A stretch of DNA of 64,000 bases from Eledone cirrhosa (Eukaryota): assembly GCA_964016885.1 (NCBI GenBank), contig OZ024746.1, positions 81,034,001 to 81,098,000 of the forward strand. The letters are read 5' to 3'. Below the pieces are notes generated by a model. The model saw only the letters and a list, made by a program, of their open reading frames with translations, made no database searches and was not told where the DNA came from. The position numbers were made by a program, and so were the translations under genes. Position 1 is the stretch's first letter. Each line of letters begins with the position of its first letter. Of the stretch, positions 13,257-25,899 are shown piece after piece.

Positions 13257-13916
13257 ATTGAGGTTATAGTAAGACACTGAAGATGCTATGTAGTGGGACC
13301 AAACCTAGAATCATATGATTGTGAAGTAAACTTTTTAATCATTCAGCTATGATGTGTCCATATAGGACTGTAGCTCTGATTAAGTACTGTTTAAGTTTGC
13401 AATGACCAGTCCAACCCAAGCTGGCATGGAAAAATTGATGTAATATGATGAGGTTGATGATGATGATGATGACGTCTATATACACAGATGTGGATATATA
13501 TATATTCATGTATACATATGTAAATATTCATACATGTCAAGACATATACATGGGTAAATACTTGCAAGTTTGTATGTGCACAAACATACACGTTTTCTCT
13601 CTCTCTCTCTCTCATTTTGAAGCTTAGAGTTTTAGCAGCCTTTCTGCTTTTGACAAGCAAAGACAGCCAAGTGAATTGTTGTTGTCAAGGTTAGAAGCCT
13701 TGAAACTTAGAAACAGCAATGTTGAAAACAACTCAATTGAATTCTACTTGGCATTGGAGCGAAGCAGAATGGTTGGCAGAAGAGTTCTGTTGTTTTTGCT
13801 TCAGTAGTCTTAAAACTAAAAGCAAATGGACTGTTATCTGTGTCAGATCAAACAAAGGTAAAGACATGTGAGGCAAAAACAAGTCAATGAGAGAAGAGAG
13901 ATATGGCAGGAAGAAC

Positions 13917-13947
<31 letters not shown>

Positions 13948-14715
13948 ACCAAAAAAAATTTAGAAACCAGAAAAAAAAAACTATCTAGAATATGAATAAC
14001 AGGGGGGGGGGGGGGCTATAAGAAGGAGGGGTTAATCTTTATGGCATTGGAAGAAGGAGAGAGAGAGAGAGAGAGAGAGAATGGAGTATGTGTTGAAGAG
14101 AGCAAGGGAGGTGAGAATGGTGTATGTGTTGAAGAGAGAGATAAGATAAAATAAACAGAGAGGTTAGGTAAGAAAGAAAAAAGATGTAGACAGAAGAGAA
14201 TGACTTCAAAAAAAAAGAAAGAAAAGAGACAAAAAGGGAGGTAATAAAGAAAAAGATGAGTAAAGTAATAAGTCGATAGGGCAGGAAAGAGGAGAGACAA
14301 AGAAAAGATATGAAGAGAAGGGGTGGACAGAAAACGAAAAAAAAAAAAATATTTTTTAACTTCAAGAAGCAAAAAGAAAGAAAGAAAGATGAGAAGACAA
14401 TCTAGATGAAAACATAAAGCTGGTGGGGGAGAATGGATGCTGGTCTTCTCTTTCTACATGTCTGGTTCAATCATATTGCAATCCTAGATTAGAATTTACG
14501 TAACATGCACGAACCGTGATTAACTTCCTGTTTTATTGATTTGTTTGTTTCCAGAATGTACTTTACTGGATTCTGCCCTTAGGCATATCTTGGCTAGAAC
14601 ATTATAGCAGAGCTTACTCCTCCACTCTACTACCTTCCACCCCACCCCACCCCATTGAACAAATGTTGAAATATTTTGGACATAAATAAATAAATTGATT
14701 GATAAATATAAAGAA

Positions 14716-14853
14716 ATGGGTGTGTGGTTAAGAAGTTCAATTTGCAACCACATGGTTTCAGGTTCCAATTCATTGTGTGGCACTTTGGGCAAATAAATAC
14801 AGTTTTCTACTGTACCTTCAGGTCAACCGATGTGTTGTGAATTTGGGGAAGTT

Positions 14854-14855
<2 letters not shown>
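14716..14855 (+). mobile_element. SINE family C 5' part
   Basis: GTGTGGTTAAGAAGTTC...CAACCACATGGTTTCAGGTTC...GTGGCACTTTGGGCAA (tRNA-like head plus CORE-like segment). Confidence 0.7.
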
Positions 14856-14894
<39 letters not shown>

Positions 14895-14950
14895 CATACA
14901 CACGTATATATACATATATATACATACATACACACGTGTATATATATATA

Positions 14951-15280
14951 TCATCATCATCATCATCATTTTACGTTCGCTTTTCTCTGCTTGCAAGGGT
15001 AGGACAGGTCCTATTCAGCACAGCATCTCTCCACTTGTCATGGTCCTTCGTCATCTCCTCCATGAGCTTCAGCGATCTGAGGTCTGCTCTCACCACCTCC
15101 GCCCATGTGTTTTGTGGTCTTCCTCTACTGTGTCTTCCTTCTACTGGCATTTGTTGACACTTCTTTACCCAGCGGTCATCCTTCATGCACATCACATGTC
15201 CATACCATCTCAGCCTTCTCTCCCGCACACCACAACTTATCCCTCTTATACCCAGTTTCTCTCTCAACTCATCTATCGTC
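14951..15280 (-). mobile_element. RTE-clade LINE 3' end
   Basis: ORF 14971-15303 RERRLRWYGHV...RGRPQNTW.EVV..DL...DKWRDAV; (GAT)n tail. Confidence 0.85.
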
Positions 15281-15670
15281 ACATATATCGTCATCATCAT
15301 CATCGTTTAACGTCTATCTTCTATGCTATCATGGGTTATATATATATATATATACACACACATACATATATATATATATACATATATACATATATATATA
15401 TATATACATTTATACATACATACACACGTATATATATATGTATATATATATACACACACACACACGGCAAAAAGCACCCACCACACACTGAAAATGTGGT
15501 TGGCATCAGGATGGGCATCCAGTCGTAGAAACCAAGCCAAAATCACTTTCTGTGTGAGTGAATTCATGGTCCTCTCACAAAGGGGCAGCCCATAAAAATA
15601 AAAAGAACGAAAAAACAAGAGAACTGTTAAGATATTTTTTGTTTAGACTGTCTGCCCATGTATGGATTAT

Positions 15671-15766
15671 ACCCCTTGAGGAGTTCAGCTAGTTTCCCGC
15701 TGCTCAAATACAGGCATTTTAGTTCGGATCTAGCTGTCAAAACGGCTGGAGCTCAGCCATCGGGGT
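15671..15766 (+). ncRNA. Type I hammerhead ribozyme, decayed copy, within a ~260 bp repeat (approx. 15600-15860)
   Basis: ACCCC-TTGAGGA-G..CAGCTAG[loop]CTAGCTG.C-AAAAC-GGCTG gagct CAGCC-ATC-GGGGT: all three stems present, core carries substitutions; homologous copies at 63372 and 63608 restore GAAAC and GTC. Confidence 0.6.
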
Positions 15767-15903
15767 GCTGATTCTTTTCATATTACCCACTCTACTACCC
15801 CAAGTATTGAGTACTCTGCTGGGTTATGGTCTAGCTGGTTTTTACTACACCCTATCTGATATCTATATATTTATGTACATTTGTGTGAATGTATATGTAT
15901 ATA

Positions 15904-15952
<49 letters not shown>

Positions 15953-16486
15953 AAGTATATATATCCCTACACGCACAAAGCGCTTAGGGAAACATGTATT
16001 GTCCAACCATATGCCAGTGTGGTTCAATGGCAGGTTAATAAATTAACGAGCCAGTTAATTTTTTTAAATTTATTTTGAAGCTTTTTCTTATTTGCTAAAC
16101 CTTGATTATATATATATATATGGGGCAAGGTATGTATGTATTTATGTGTATATATATATATATGTATGTGTGTGTGTATTTGTGTGTGGCAGTTTCCACT
16201 TGTGTCTTCCTATTGATACTGTTTAAAGCAAACATTGACATTTGTTTATGTCCTACATAGACTCACAAGGTATTTAAGCTGCATATAAATGATGTCTGAG
16301 TATGGAAATTTAGGACAGTATCATCTATACAGGAATGTGACAGTAAGAAGATAATTAATGTACAGAATGAAAAGTATGGTAGATATAACTGAACTTTAAG
16401 ACACACCAAATACAGCCCCATACATACATGCATGCATACATACATACATACATGCAGGAACACACATACATACATACATACATACA

Positions 16487-16522
<36 letters not shown>

Positions 16523-16944
16523 TATATATGCATGCTGTTATGGTGTGATGTGCCAGGAAACTTCTAATCCAATGGATTAGATGTGGGTGTATAGACTATA
16601 CGTGGGCAAATTTAGCAAGGAGATTCTCATGCCGGAAATAGTTAAATACTTTGTTAATGTCAAGGATACATGTTATTTCTAAAAGGTCTTGGTATGTAGC
16701 CAAACTGTTGCTATGCTTTCATAGATTAACTCATATCAATTAGGGACAAGACCTTGAGTTGTATATAATACCCAATTTTATGAGAGCATGGTATGGTTGG
16801 AGTAAGATATAGTTGCTATTTCTAGCAGTTTTAATGACTACATAAAGGCTCATTTAATGGCTCATCCTTTCTTTATTTAAGTTAGTAGTGATTGGCTGCT
16901 ATTTTTAGCAAATCGTGTAACCACATAGAAGCTCCTTTATTGGT

Positions 16945-17187
16945 TTGTCTCTTCTTTTTCTTTGTCCACATATTTCTGGGAGAGTCGTTGGGGCAGAATC
17001 CTCAAATACACCATCCAGCAGGTACTGTCAGTAGCAATTGCCTCCAATTGATCCGGTTGGATCCCCAAGCATGATCAGTCGAGCTCATGGATGTTATCTA
17101 ACCATCTTGCTCGGGGTCTACATCTGGGTCTCCTTCGGGTTGGTTTGACCAGTAAAATCTGTCCAGTGATTCTTTCCTAAGACATTC
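16945..17187 (-). mobile_element. RTE (Expander-like) LINE 3' fragment
   Basis: Reverse translation RMS*ERI...KPTRRRPRCRPRARWLDNI.EL..CLGIQP.QLE....W...LRILPQR resembles the Expander/RTE C-terminus. Confidence 0.65.
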
Positions 17188-17189
17188 TA

Positions 17190-17420
17190 ACCACATGCCT
17201 GTAGTATCTCAATTTGGAGAAGTAGTGGGGTTGCCATTGATGTTTTCAATGGAAAAGGTACAGGCTGATACAACTTGGTACCAACATTGTCACAACTCAT
17301 TTTATCAAACTGAGTGGACTGAAACAACATGAAATAAAGTGTTTTGCCAAAGGACACAACACAGAACCCTGTCTGGAAATTAAATATGAGCATTACACCT
17401 TAACAACTAAGCCACACATC
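17190..17420 (-). mobile_element. SINE family B
   Basis: CTGAGTGGACTG.AACAACATGAAATAAAGTGTTTTGC.AAGGACACAAC...AACAACTAAGCCAC. Confidence 0.65.
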
Positions 17421-18154
17421 TTCATAATCTGTACTAAATGTGTTAATATAGTTTATATCAAATAAATCAGTTGTTCTATGGAAGAGACAGTAATAAAAAT
17501 TAACTTCATAGAGTATAATGAATGTAAACATAACAACGATACAAAGTTGACAGAAAGAAATATTACATTTAATTTATAGTTTATTTAAAAAGTAAGAATA
17601 TAAATGTATAGCTTTCTAAAACCCTAGTATACATGTGTGTTTGTGTGTGTGTGTGTAGGTGTGTAGATATATATGTGTGTGTGAGTGAATATATATATAT
17701 GTATATAGTGTTAATATAAAGGAACAAAGAATCAGTGTTGCATCATATACATATTTATTACATATTACATATGTTTCACTGTCGATCAGCTCAAGGAGCT
17801 ATCTATTAATGATTGAACCTGACTCTGGAATTGGAAGCTCCTCTGATATGGTTTAATATGCAGGCTTGCGTCTGAGAGTGAATGAATATTTTCCGAAATC
17901 CTTCTATCATAGAGGTATTCATATATATATATATTACAAGAGATGGCAATGTGAATAAACCTGTTTTTTTCTGCCATTGCCCAGTTTCCTCTATATTTCT
18001 ATTTCTTCTTTAATTTCAAATTTTTTTTTCCGATGACGGACGGGCGTCCAAAACCCTAAGACTCTCTTCTTGTTATATCAAGCATAAAACTACTAATATA
18101 TTTCTTCATTGTATTGTCATTTACTTTGTTATTTCTGTTTGCCTTTTGCATGTT

Positions 18155-18282
18155 ATCATCATCATCATACGTTCGCTTTTCCCTGCTTGCAAGGGTTGGA
18201 CGGGTCCTATTCAGCACAGCATCTCTCCACTTGTCACGGTCCTTCGTCATCTCCTCGGTGAGTTTCAGCCATCTGAGGTCTG
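18155..18282 (-). mobile_element. RTE LINE extreme 3' end
   Basis: Near identical to 14960-15085 (TACGTTCGCTTTTCCCTGCTTGCAAGGG...) with (ATC)n tail. Confidence 0.85.
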
Positions 18283-20034
18283 ATATGTTGTCAGATAGAT
18301 GAGTTATTTACTTTATTTACTTGTCAGGTTACATTTTCATGTTTCATTCAATGACGAAATTATCAGGTTGGTGCCAATGCATTTCTTATATAGGTAAATG
18401 GTGGATAGGGTTTAATGCTAATGGGAGGAGTCCTAGGTTCTCTTTTGAGTAACAGTCTCCAAAAAGGAACCAGCTAGGGTAGATAGAAAGGATTTGAAGG
18501 AAATTGTGCAACTACTTCAAACTATTTAAGGGGCTTCTTCATTGACATTGTTTTTATTATTGTTGTTGTTTAGAAGATCTATCATCAAAGGTATTCCAGC
18601 CTTGAATGATGCTTTATGATATTTGCTCTGAGTTCAAATCCTACCAAAGTCAACTTTGCCTTTCATCCTTTCGAGGTCGATAAAAAAAGGAAAAGTCAAG
18701 TATTAGTTTCGATTCTTCCTCTATATCTCTTTCTCTTAAAAAAAATTTCGGCTGTGTTCAGACCTTGAGAAGTGATGGGCTCTGCTACGAAACGCCGTAT
18801 GTCACTACAGTGCCCCTACAACTCTACCGGGAATTAAGGATCATTGCATACCTTCATACTTTCCTTCCATAACCACCTTCTTTTCTTCAGACGGTAGAAG
18901 TCAGCTGAAGAAATCTGGCTGCTATTTCTAGCTGGTCGAATGACCGTGTCTATTCTTCGTTAATAGTTGGTGAATTTATTTACACTGTTTTTTAGAATTG
19001 AACGTTCTATTTCTCTCCTTTATTTTCTCTTCTCTCTTTTATCTCCGTTCATATCCTTTACTTATTTCTCTTCCTTTTCTTTTTCACCTGATCACAAAAG
19101 AAAGTAAAATCCCCCCCTCACCTCGTCCCATTAAATTAATCAAAGTTATCTCCCTTGCTTTACAAACAAGATTATAAACGAAACAACTGCATTAAATTAT
19201 TTCCTTCTATAAAATATTTGCATCAAGTTTAATCAATCACATTTAACATGATGGAAAATAATGAAACTCCCTCTATATAAGATTTAAAAATTAAATATGG
19301 CTTTCATTTGAAATGAATTATGAATTGATAATTATTTCTATTTATGTTATTCGAATATTTAACGCAGCTAGTCAGCATAACAGGGGAGACTACTCGTATA
19401 GTTAAACGGTAGAAACTGAAAAACATTAAGCTAGTCTCTATCAACAAATAGTAAATTCAAACATCCGCCAAATGACAATAGATTATTTTACTGTAAGAAA
19501 GAGAAAGAGAAGTCTGCCTTGTCTCGAAAAACCTTCCATTACTCTCTAACGAAGGGTTCTATTCGAAATATTAGACTCCCCTTTGTTACCGCGACAAAAT
19601 GTATTCCAATTTTCGGACATTTCGTTTGAGGAAAGATCCCCATTAGGTGGAATGGCTGCTGTAGCAGGTATCACTAGCTATTCTTCCAGACAATGCTTTC
19701 ACTAATCTGTCCGCAGGCATAAGTGCGAGGTCCAGCCAAATGTGTAGGGTCCCCCTCTCTATTTCTCCCTGATATTTATTTTTATTTTGTATATCCCCCC
19801 CCCCCCCCTCTCACTCTGCTTGTAAACATATACATTTACATAGTTTTTATACTTTTATCATAGGTGGTGGGTTCTAATAGAGTAAATTGTAACTATACTC
19901 TCATTGTTTTCGAGATATATGAAGCAGGCGGTAGAAAAACAGTGTCTATTTTTATTCAGTATTTTACACACACACATACTAAGGAACAGATAACTCTCGT
20001 ATTTTGTTATATTTTGGTTTGTGAATTATTTATT

Positions 20035-20318
20035 TATAGTGGAGCCTCGGCTCACGAATTTCGTTCCTGAAGGCCGTTCGTGACCTGAAATGTTCGTAAA
20101 CAGAAACTATTTTCCCCATACGAAATGTTGAGAGAGAAATACAGTGAGAGAGAGCGACTGTGTGTGAGAGGCAGATAGATACCACCATAATAACTAACTT
20201 CACAGCAAGTAACGCTTTCCCGCCGATACTCCAAGCTTGTTGTCAACCGTTGTTGTCGACTTGTGTGTTTGTTGTTTTATGTCCGGAAAAATTGTGCGTG
20301 AACCGAGGTTCCACTGTA
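20035..20318. mobile_element. pogo/Tigger-like MITE
   Basis: TA-TAGTGGAGCCTCGGCTCACG ... CGTGAACCGAGGTTCCACTG-TA terminal inverted repeats with TA target site. Confidence 0.75.
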
Positions 20319-20715
20319 ATTATAGAACACGGGATTTGCAGAATTGGTTGTCGGGTGAAATGACTTTGAAGATTTATTCGTGAATCACGACCCTTTTTAT
20401 CTTCTCGAGGTGAGGTGGGGGTGATAAAATACAGTATAAATGAAGTATTTGGATCATTGTTTTTTTTGCCTAAATTAGAAAAAATTACGATTAAGGATAG
20501 TGTTAGCATATAATTGTTTTGCAGTATAGAGTTATGTCCCTTTACATACTGAGTTTGTCTTTCATTATTTCAGAGGATTGGCAGTATCGGTAGATAGGCA
20601 CATCATTTAAAGTCTGTTCTTCCATGGTGGCATGGGTTAGATGGAATTATACCTTTTCTTATCTACTTGTGTCTATGAACAAGAAACCAACCACATTTAA
20701 TGTTCCTCTATTAAA

Positions 20716-20885
20716 TAATTGTTTCTACTTTTGGCACAAGACCAGCAAATACCCAGTGTATTACTGGTACTTTATTTTATCGACCTCGTAAGGATGAAAG
20801 GCAAAGTTAACCTTGGCAAGGGCCGTAACTATGCGTCAAAGCATGGCGTCCGACCCTCTACCGATACTGCCAATCCCCTGCCAAT
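20716..20885 (-). mobile_element. SINE family A with 17 bp TSD
   Basis: TSD TTCCTCTATTAAATAAT at 20703-20719 and 20886-20902; internal deletion of the B-box region. Confidence 0.85.
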
Positions 20886-22208
20886 TTCCTCTATTAAATA
20901 ATGCCTTATATGTTTCTAATGTAAAATACTGTGTTGAAAATAATGAAGAATTTAGAGAAAAATAACTAACTTTCTCATTATTAAACTGATGTTTGAAACA
21001 TATCTTAACAAATGTTCTTATATAAAATTATGATGGGAGCTTTTTAGATAAATATATACTTTTTATATATATTGTAGAACCAGGGGCAATTTCATACAGT
21101 TTGGTATGAAAATGGTTAAAATATAATTAGGAATATGTGTGTGTGTGTGTGTGTGTGCTTAATTGCTTTTATTTCTTTACATATATTATAGTCAAATAAT
21201 GAAAAATGCAATCAATAATTGTGAGGACAGAATCAACACATATTGATAAAATAGGGAACAATGAAAACAACTTTAATTAATTATGACATGAATTTTCAAT
21301 ATCAATTTTGATGACATTGAATAAAAAAAAAAAAAAGAAAGAGATAATGCTGATAGCAATATTTGTGATTTCAATAATTTCAGTTATATATTTAATAGAG
21401 AAGATTTTGGTGATGAATGTAATAGCAAATGTATTCACAAGTTCTTTTTTATACCAACATTTTTACCAATTTATATAAATAAATTTATACCAAAAATTAA
21501 AAATCATTTTTATTTAACAAAGAATTAATATTGAAGTAATATATATATATAATGCTGAAGCTGAAATAAATTAGAATTCTTGACAATATATCAGAGAATG
21601 AATATGTTTCTGGCTTCATTTACAAATTCTAAGCCATCAGTTTGGCATTTATTTTGAAATGAATTTCTTTGTGAGACTCTGAATATTTTGGTTCTTAAGA
21701 AAACTGATTGAAAGAATATTTTTTATAATGTATCTGATAAAATTTGATTGAAAGATAAAAGCAGTCATTTCTTTAAAAATATCCATTCTCCAATCGATAT
21801 TCTTCCAGTTTTTTTTGTTTTGTTTTTTTAAGCTCAAAGCAAGTTCTTATTTTGAAGTGCTAGTGTTTAGAGAAGTTGGGTGTCAAACTGCTGTGAAATA
21901 TTGAATAAACCTAGAAGAGTAGTTTTAATAAAATATTCATTCTGTATTGTTGTCTTCTCCTGATTTTACTGATGACAACATATGGAACAGCCCCCAACTC
22001 TCCCTTATTCTATACAAGTGGTTCCCACCCTAGTCATACTAAGGACTCCTGTTTATCTAAATGAATTTTCCCACAGATCACAGACACTTGAAAGATCTGT
22101 CTACTATAACAAGTTTATTTTATTAACTAACAAAAATCTCATTTTCTCAGTTTTGTTGCCCATATATATATATATATAACTAAATATTCAGTTAGATAAT
22201 TGACAATA

Positions 22209-22425
22209 TTAACCCTTCTGCTACCATATTTCAAATGAAATACACTGTGTTTCAGTTTATTTCGAAACTCATCAAAACAGATGGGGGGAATTTAATAACA
22301 GGATCAACCTTTTTCATTATTAAGTTGATGTTTGGAACAAAATTTTCTATAAAAAATTTGATTATTTTAAAATGGGAAGCCTTGTGTCATAAAACCAGAC
22401 CAGTTTCAGGTGGTTTGGTATAAAA
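22209..22425. mobile_element. piggyBac-like MITE family B
   Basis: Starts TTAACCCTTCTGCTACCATATTTC; ends CCAGTTTCAGGTGGTTTGGTAT; homologous to neighbouring copies. Confidence 0.55.
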
Positions 22426-22646
22426 AAATTACTTCTTTAATGAGATGGTCGAAGCTGCTTTGTTGACACCAAGTTCTTCATTTTAAATTTAATGGTAGAC
22501 ATCACCACCTTTCTAATGAAATACAGTCTATTTCGATTTATTAATGAACAATTTGGAGGGATTTACTAAAATTACTAATTATTTCATTACTAAGGTAGTA
22601 ACTTAATGTAAGGTTTTTATATGAAATTATGTTGGAAGATTTTAAT

Positions 22647-22876
22647 TTAACTCTTTAGCATTTTACATTACTCTATATTTATTATTATATTTTCACGGTA
22701 AAATCATAATCTCATATAATTATCGCACATAGCATCGAATCTATGAAATTTTGATATTATTTATTTTGAGAACAATACCTTAACGTAAGTATGAGCAGCC
22801 AGTTACAGTCGGTTTTAACAGAAAGAGGTGAGAGAATTCTGGCCAGATACAGTCGGTTTAAATGCTAAAGGGTTAA
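22647..22876. mobile_element. piggyBac-like MITE family A nested at a TTAA inside a family B copy (approx. 22470-22955)
   Basis: TTAA-CTCTTTAGCATTT ... AAATGCTAAAGGG-TTAA; family B sequence continues on both sides and ends GAAAGGGTTAA at 22955. Confidence 0.75.
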
Positions 22877-23549
22877 ATTGGAATCCTTTAAAATGGGTGG
22901 TTGTATTTCATAGAACTAGAGCCAGTTTTAGGTGAGTTGGTAATGAAAGGGTTAAATGTAGATCAGGTTCCAAAAAGTATCTAAAAATATTAGATTGTTC
23001 CTGTAGATGTAGAAATATGTTTGAAGTTTTGAAAATTTATTTTCATCAGACTTTTCATGAGTAGTTATGCATTTGAAATTTTCAACTTGGTTCAAAGACT
23101 TCCAGTAGTATTTTTGTGGAATCCCACCACCAAAAAAGATCCTTGAGCTACAGGTTGGAAACTTCTGTTCTATATCATATAAAGAAACCCTTTAAAAATA
23201 AAAACGATTTCTAATCAGAAAATAAGAAAGATATAAGTTTTCAATACTAATTAGATAATGTCTGATCACATTTTAAGAACCAAATTTTATTTTCTTGGTC
23301 TCCTCTCTCTGTGACTCCCCCCGCCTCTCTCTCTCCCTCTCTCTCCCTCTCTCTCATTAGAAGATCTATATTGTTAACGAAGTAACCCACAATCAGAATC
23401 TTCTATTTTATTGTATGACATCCTCCTTACTGAAACCATATATAATAATGAATGTTATCTGTTTTGTAGTAATCAATGAATAGTACTATGTCATCGTTAT
23501 CATCATCACCCTCCCATCCACATCACCCTACCACCACCACCACCACCAC

Positions 23550-24150
23550 CATCATCATCATACATTTGTTTTTCTTGGCTCACATGGGTTGAATGGGTCT
23601 TCTATACTACAGCATCTTGCCACTTGTTAGTTGTTGTCCTTTATCATTTCTTTCATGAGGTTCAGCATCCTGAGATCAACCTTCACCACTTCTTCCCATT
23701 TCTTCCTTGGTCTTCCACATCTGCAGGTTTCTTCCACTTGGATTGCTTGATACTTTTTTACCCATTTGCCATCACATGTCCATACCAGTTCAGTCTTCTT
23801 TCCTACACACTACATCTGCTTCTTCTTATACACAGTTTTTCTCTTAACTCACTTGTGCTTCATCAATCAGGTATACTAAAACTACACATTCAATGGCTCA
23901 TGTTTGCCTTATTTCTTTCAATCCATTGTACATCCTTTGTATTCAATATCCTTATTTCATAACCATTCAATATTACACAAAGATCATACAATCCACCCTT
24001 CACTTGGAGAGAGAATGCACCTATTCCCAGGAGATGTACTAATTGCCTGAATTATTTCACCTTATTCTTACTCTGACTGCTATGCTTTCCAAGCCCTTCT
24101 TTCATTGCTAATTAGGTTACCATGATAACAGAAGCTGTCAACTACTTCTC
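23550..24150 (-). mobile_element. Degenerate RTE LINE 3' fragment
   Basis: CATCACATGTCCATACCAG.CAGTCTTCT (reverse of RRL.WYGHVM), similarity to 14951-15280, ATC tail. Confidence 0.6.
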
Positions 24151-24169
24151 GCAAACTTTCCATGCATTT

Positions 24170-24370
24170 GCAGACTAGAAACTTAAGATTTATCATTGAA
24201 CCTATAGCAGTGGAGACTTCTGGCACTCAGTGTTCCCAAACGACATTCCAACACTCTGCACTCAGGAGAGTGATCCCTGCAAGTTGGAATGGCTATTTCA
24301 ATGTATCTCCCTCACTACTTATCCTCCAGAGTAATGCTTTCTCTATTCTGTCTTCTGGGACCACAAGAGC
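24170..24370 (+). mobile_element. CRE-like non-LTR retrotransposon endonuclease C-terminal relic
   Basis: FIIEPIAVETSG, then after frameshifts ESDPCKLEWLFQCISL and LQSNAFSILS, resembling the CRE-clade P.AVET.G...WLFQR.S...QRGNA.SIL signature. Confidence 0.55.
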
Positions 24371-24904
24371 ATACTACCACATTGTCCAGGCATATATCAT
24401 TGGGGTAATGATGGAAGTAGACTGTGTTTTTATATATGTACAAACACACACACACACCACCACCACCACCAACAACAACATTAACGATTATTAGAGGTAT
24501 TTACCTATTTATAGGTCTATTTCATAAATAGTTCAAACTTCAATCTTCAATCTGTCATTTTCCCAAGAGTATTCATTTCTTAAACTAAACCCATCTTTAG
24601 TTCTTTAGTTCTTTACTGTGTTTTATTCATCATGACCAAAGCCATAATGGAGCATCTCCTTTGACTATTTCATAGTCAGTCCTTTCAGTTGTTAGTAGCT
24701 CAGCCAACAGATCAACTAACTAATCCAGTTATCATCTGTTGTGTTCAAATGTAAGATTAAAGTGGGATTGTTAATTCCATAATGACTGAAAGAATATATT
24801 TTCATTTAGAATATTTCTTTGATCTTATATAATGGTTCTGATGTAGAAACTGGAGCCAAGTAAAACTGTCTTTTGTTGTTGTTAGACCTCTATTTAGTCT
24901 GATC

Positions 24905-25145
24905 ATGAGTGTTCCAGTTGTCTGAACAATGGAACATTCTGCTTGTGAAATTAATGTGCCATTATCTGAGCATTCCACAGTATATGACAAGGCTGACACT
25001 TTGAATATGTACAGCTCATTTTTGTCAGCTGAGTGGACTGGAGCAATGTGAAATAAAGTCCAAGAACAAAATACACCACTGGGAATTGAACACATAAACT
25101 TACATTTATGAGCCAAACACCTTTAATCACTAAGCCACATGCCTT
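24905..25145 (-). mobile_element. SINE family B
   Basis: CAGCTGAGTGGACTGGAGCAATGTGAAATAAAG...GGAATTGAAC...AATCACTAAGCCACATGCC. Confidence 0.7.
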
Positions 25146-25356
25146 GTAAAAATGTATAAATAATTGAATTATAACAATGATGATCCTAATATTCATCACA
25201 GTGGCAATATCAATATGTAGAGATATTCTTTCTACTCTTTTATTGGTTTCAGTAAGGCGCTACCTTCAAAAGCTTTAGTTACTTATATTGACTTCAGAAT
25301 TCTAAATTAGAACATATTTTAATTGCTGTGATCTTGTCATAAACCAGCATTACAAA

Positions 25357-25602
25357 TTTAACTTTTTTGTGTACAAATGTCTTACAAAATACACTGCCTG
25401 TGATTTTCTAATTTTGAAAACAATTAAGAATTTAGAGGGATTTAGTAATATAATTAACTTTTTCATCATTAAGCTGGTATTGGGAACATAACTTAACAAA
25501 GGTTTTTACATAATATTACGATGGAGAATTTTTAGATAACTATAAACATTTTGTATCTTAGAATCAGAGGCAGTTTCTGGCATTTGTTATCAAAAGGGTT
25601 AA
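25357..25602. mobile_element. piggyBac-like MITE family B
   Basis: TTAACTTTTT...TATCAAAAGGGTTAA ends; body similar to 20900-21120 and 22470-22955. Confidence 0.55.
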
Positions 25603-25899
25603 TAAACAATTTTCATTTATTTCATTGGTTCAACAATACAGATTTGTAGGATAGTATTGTTTGACTGAACAAATATTATTCCATGACTAAGCTTTATTTA
25701 GTCAACTCCCAGACAAACAAATTACAGTAAAATTGGAACTCATCATGTAGAAAAATGGAACTAACTATTGTAAAATATTTAACTGTGTTTTGCTGTTTCT
25801 ACTATTCCACCATCTTAGCTGGGAACTATTTAACCTCTATTTCTTCTCATGCTTATCATATGTCAAGAAAACCTGAAGAGGTTATGAGTCTATTCTTTT

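Larger units (their letters stand above)
12650..13350 (-). mobile_element. SINE family C interrupted by a MITE
   Basis: TTCATTCGCAAGGCTTGGG|TTAA (12870) resumes after 13256 as TTGAGGTTATAGTAAGACAC...GTAGTGGGACC.AACC...TGATTGTGAAGTAAACTT. Confidence 0.65.
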
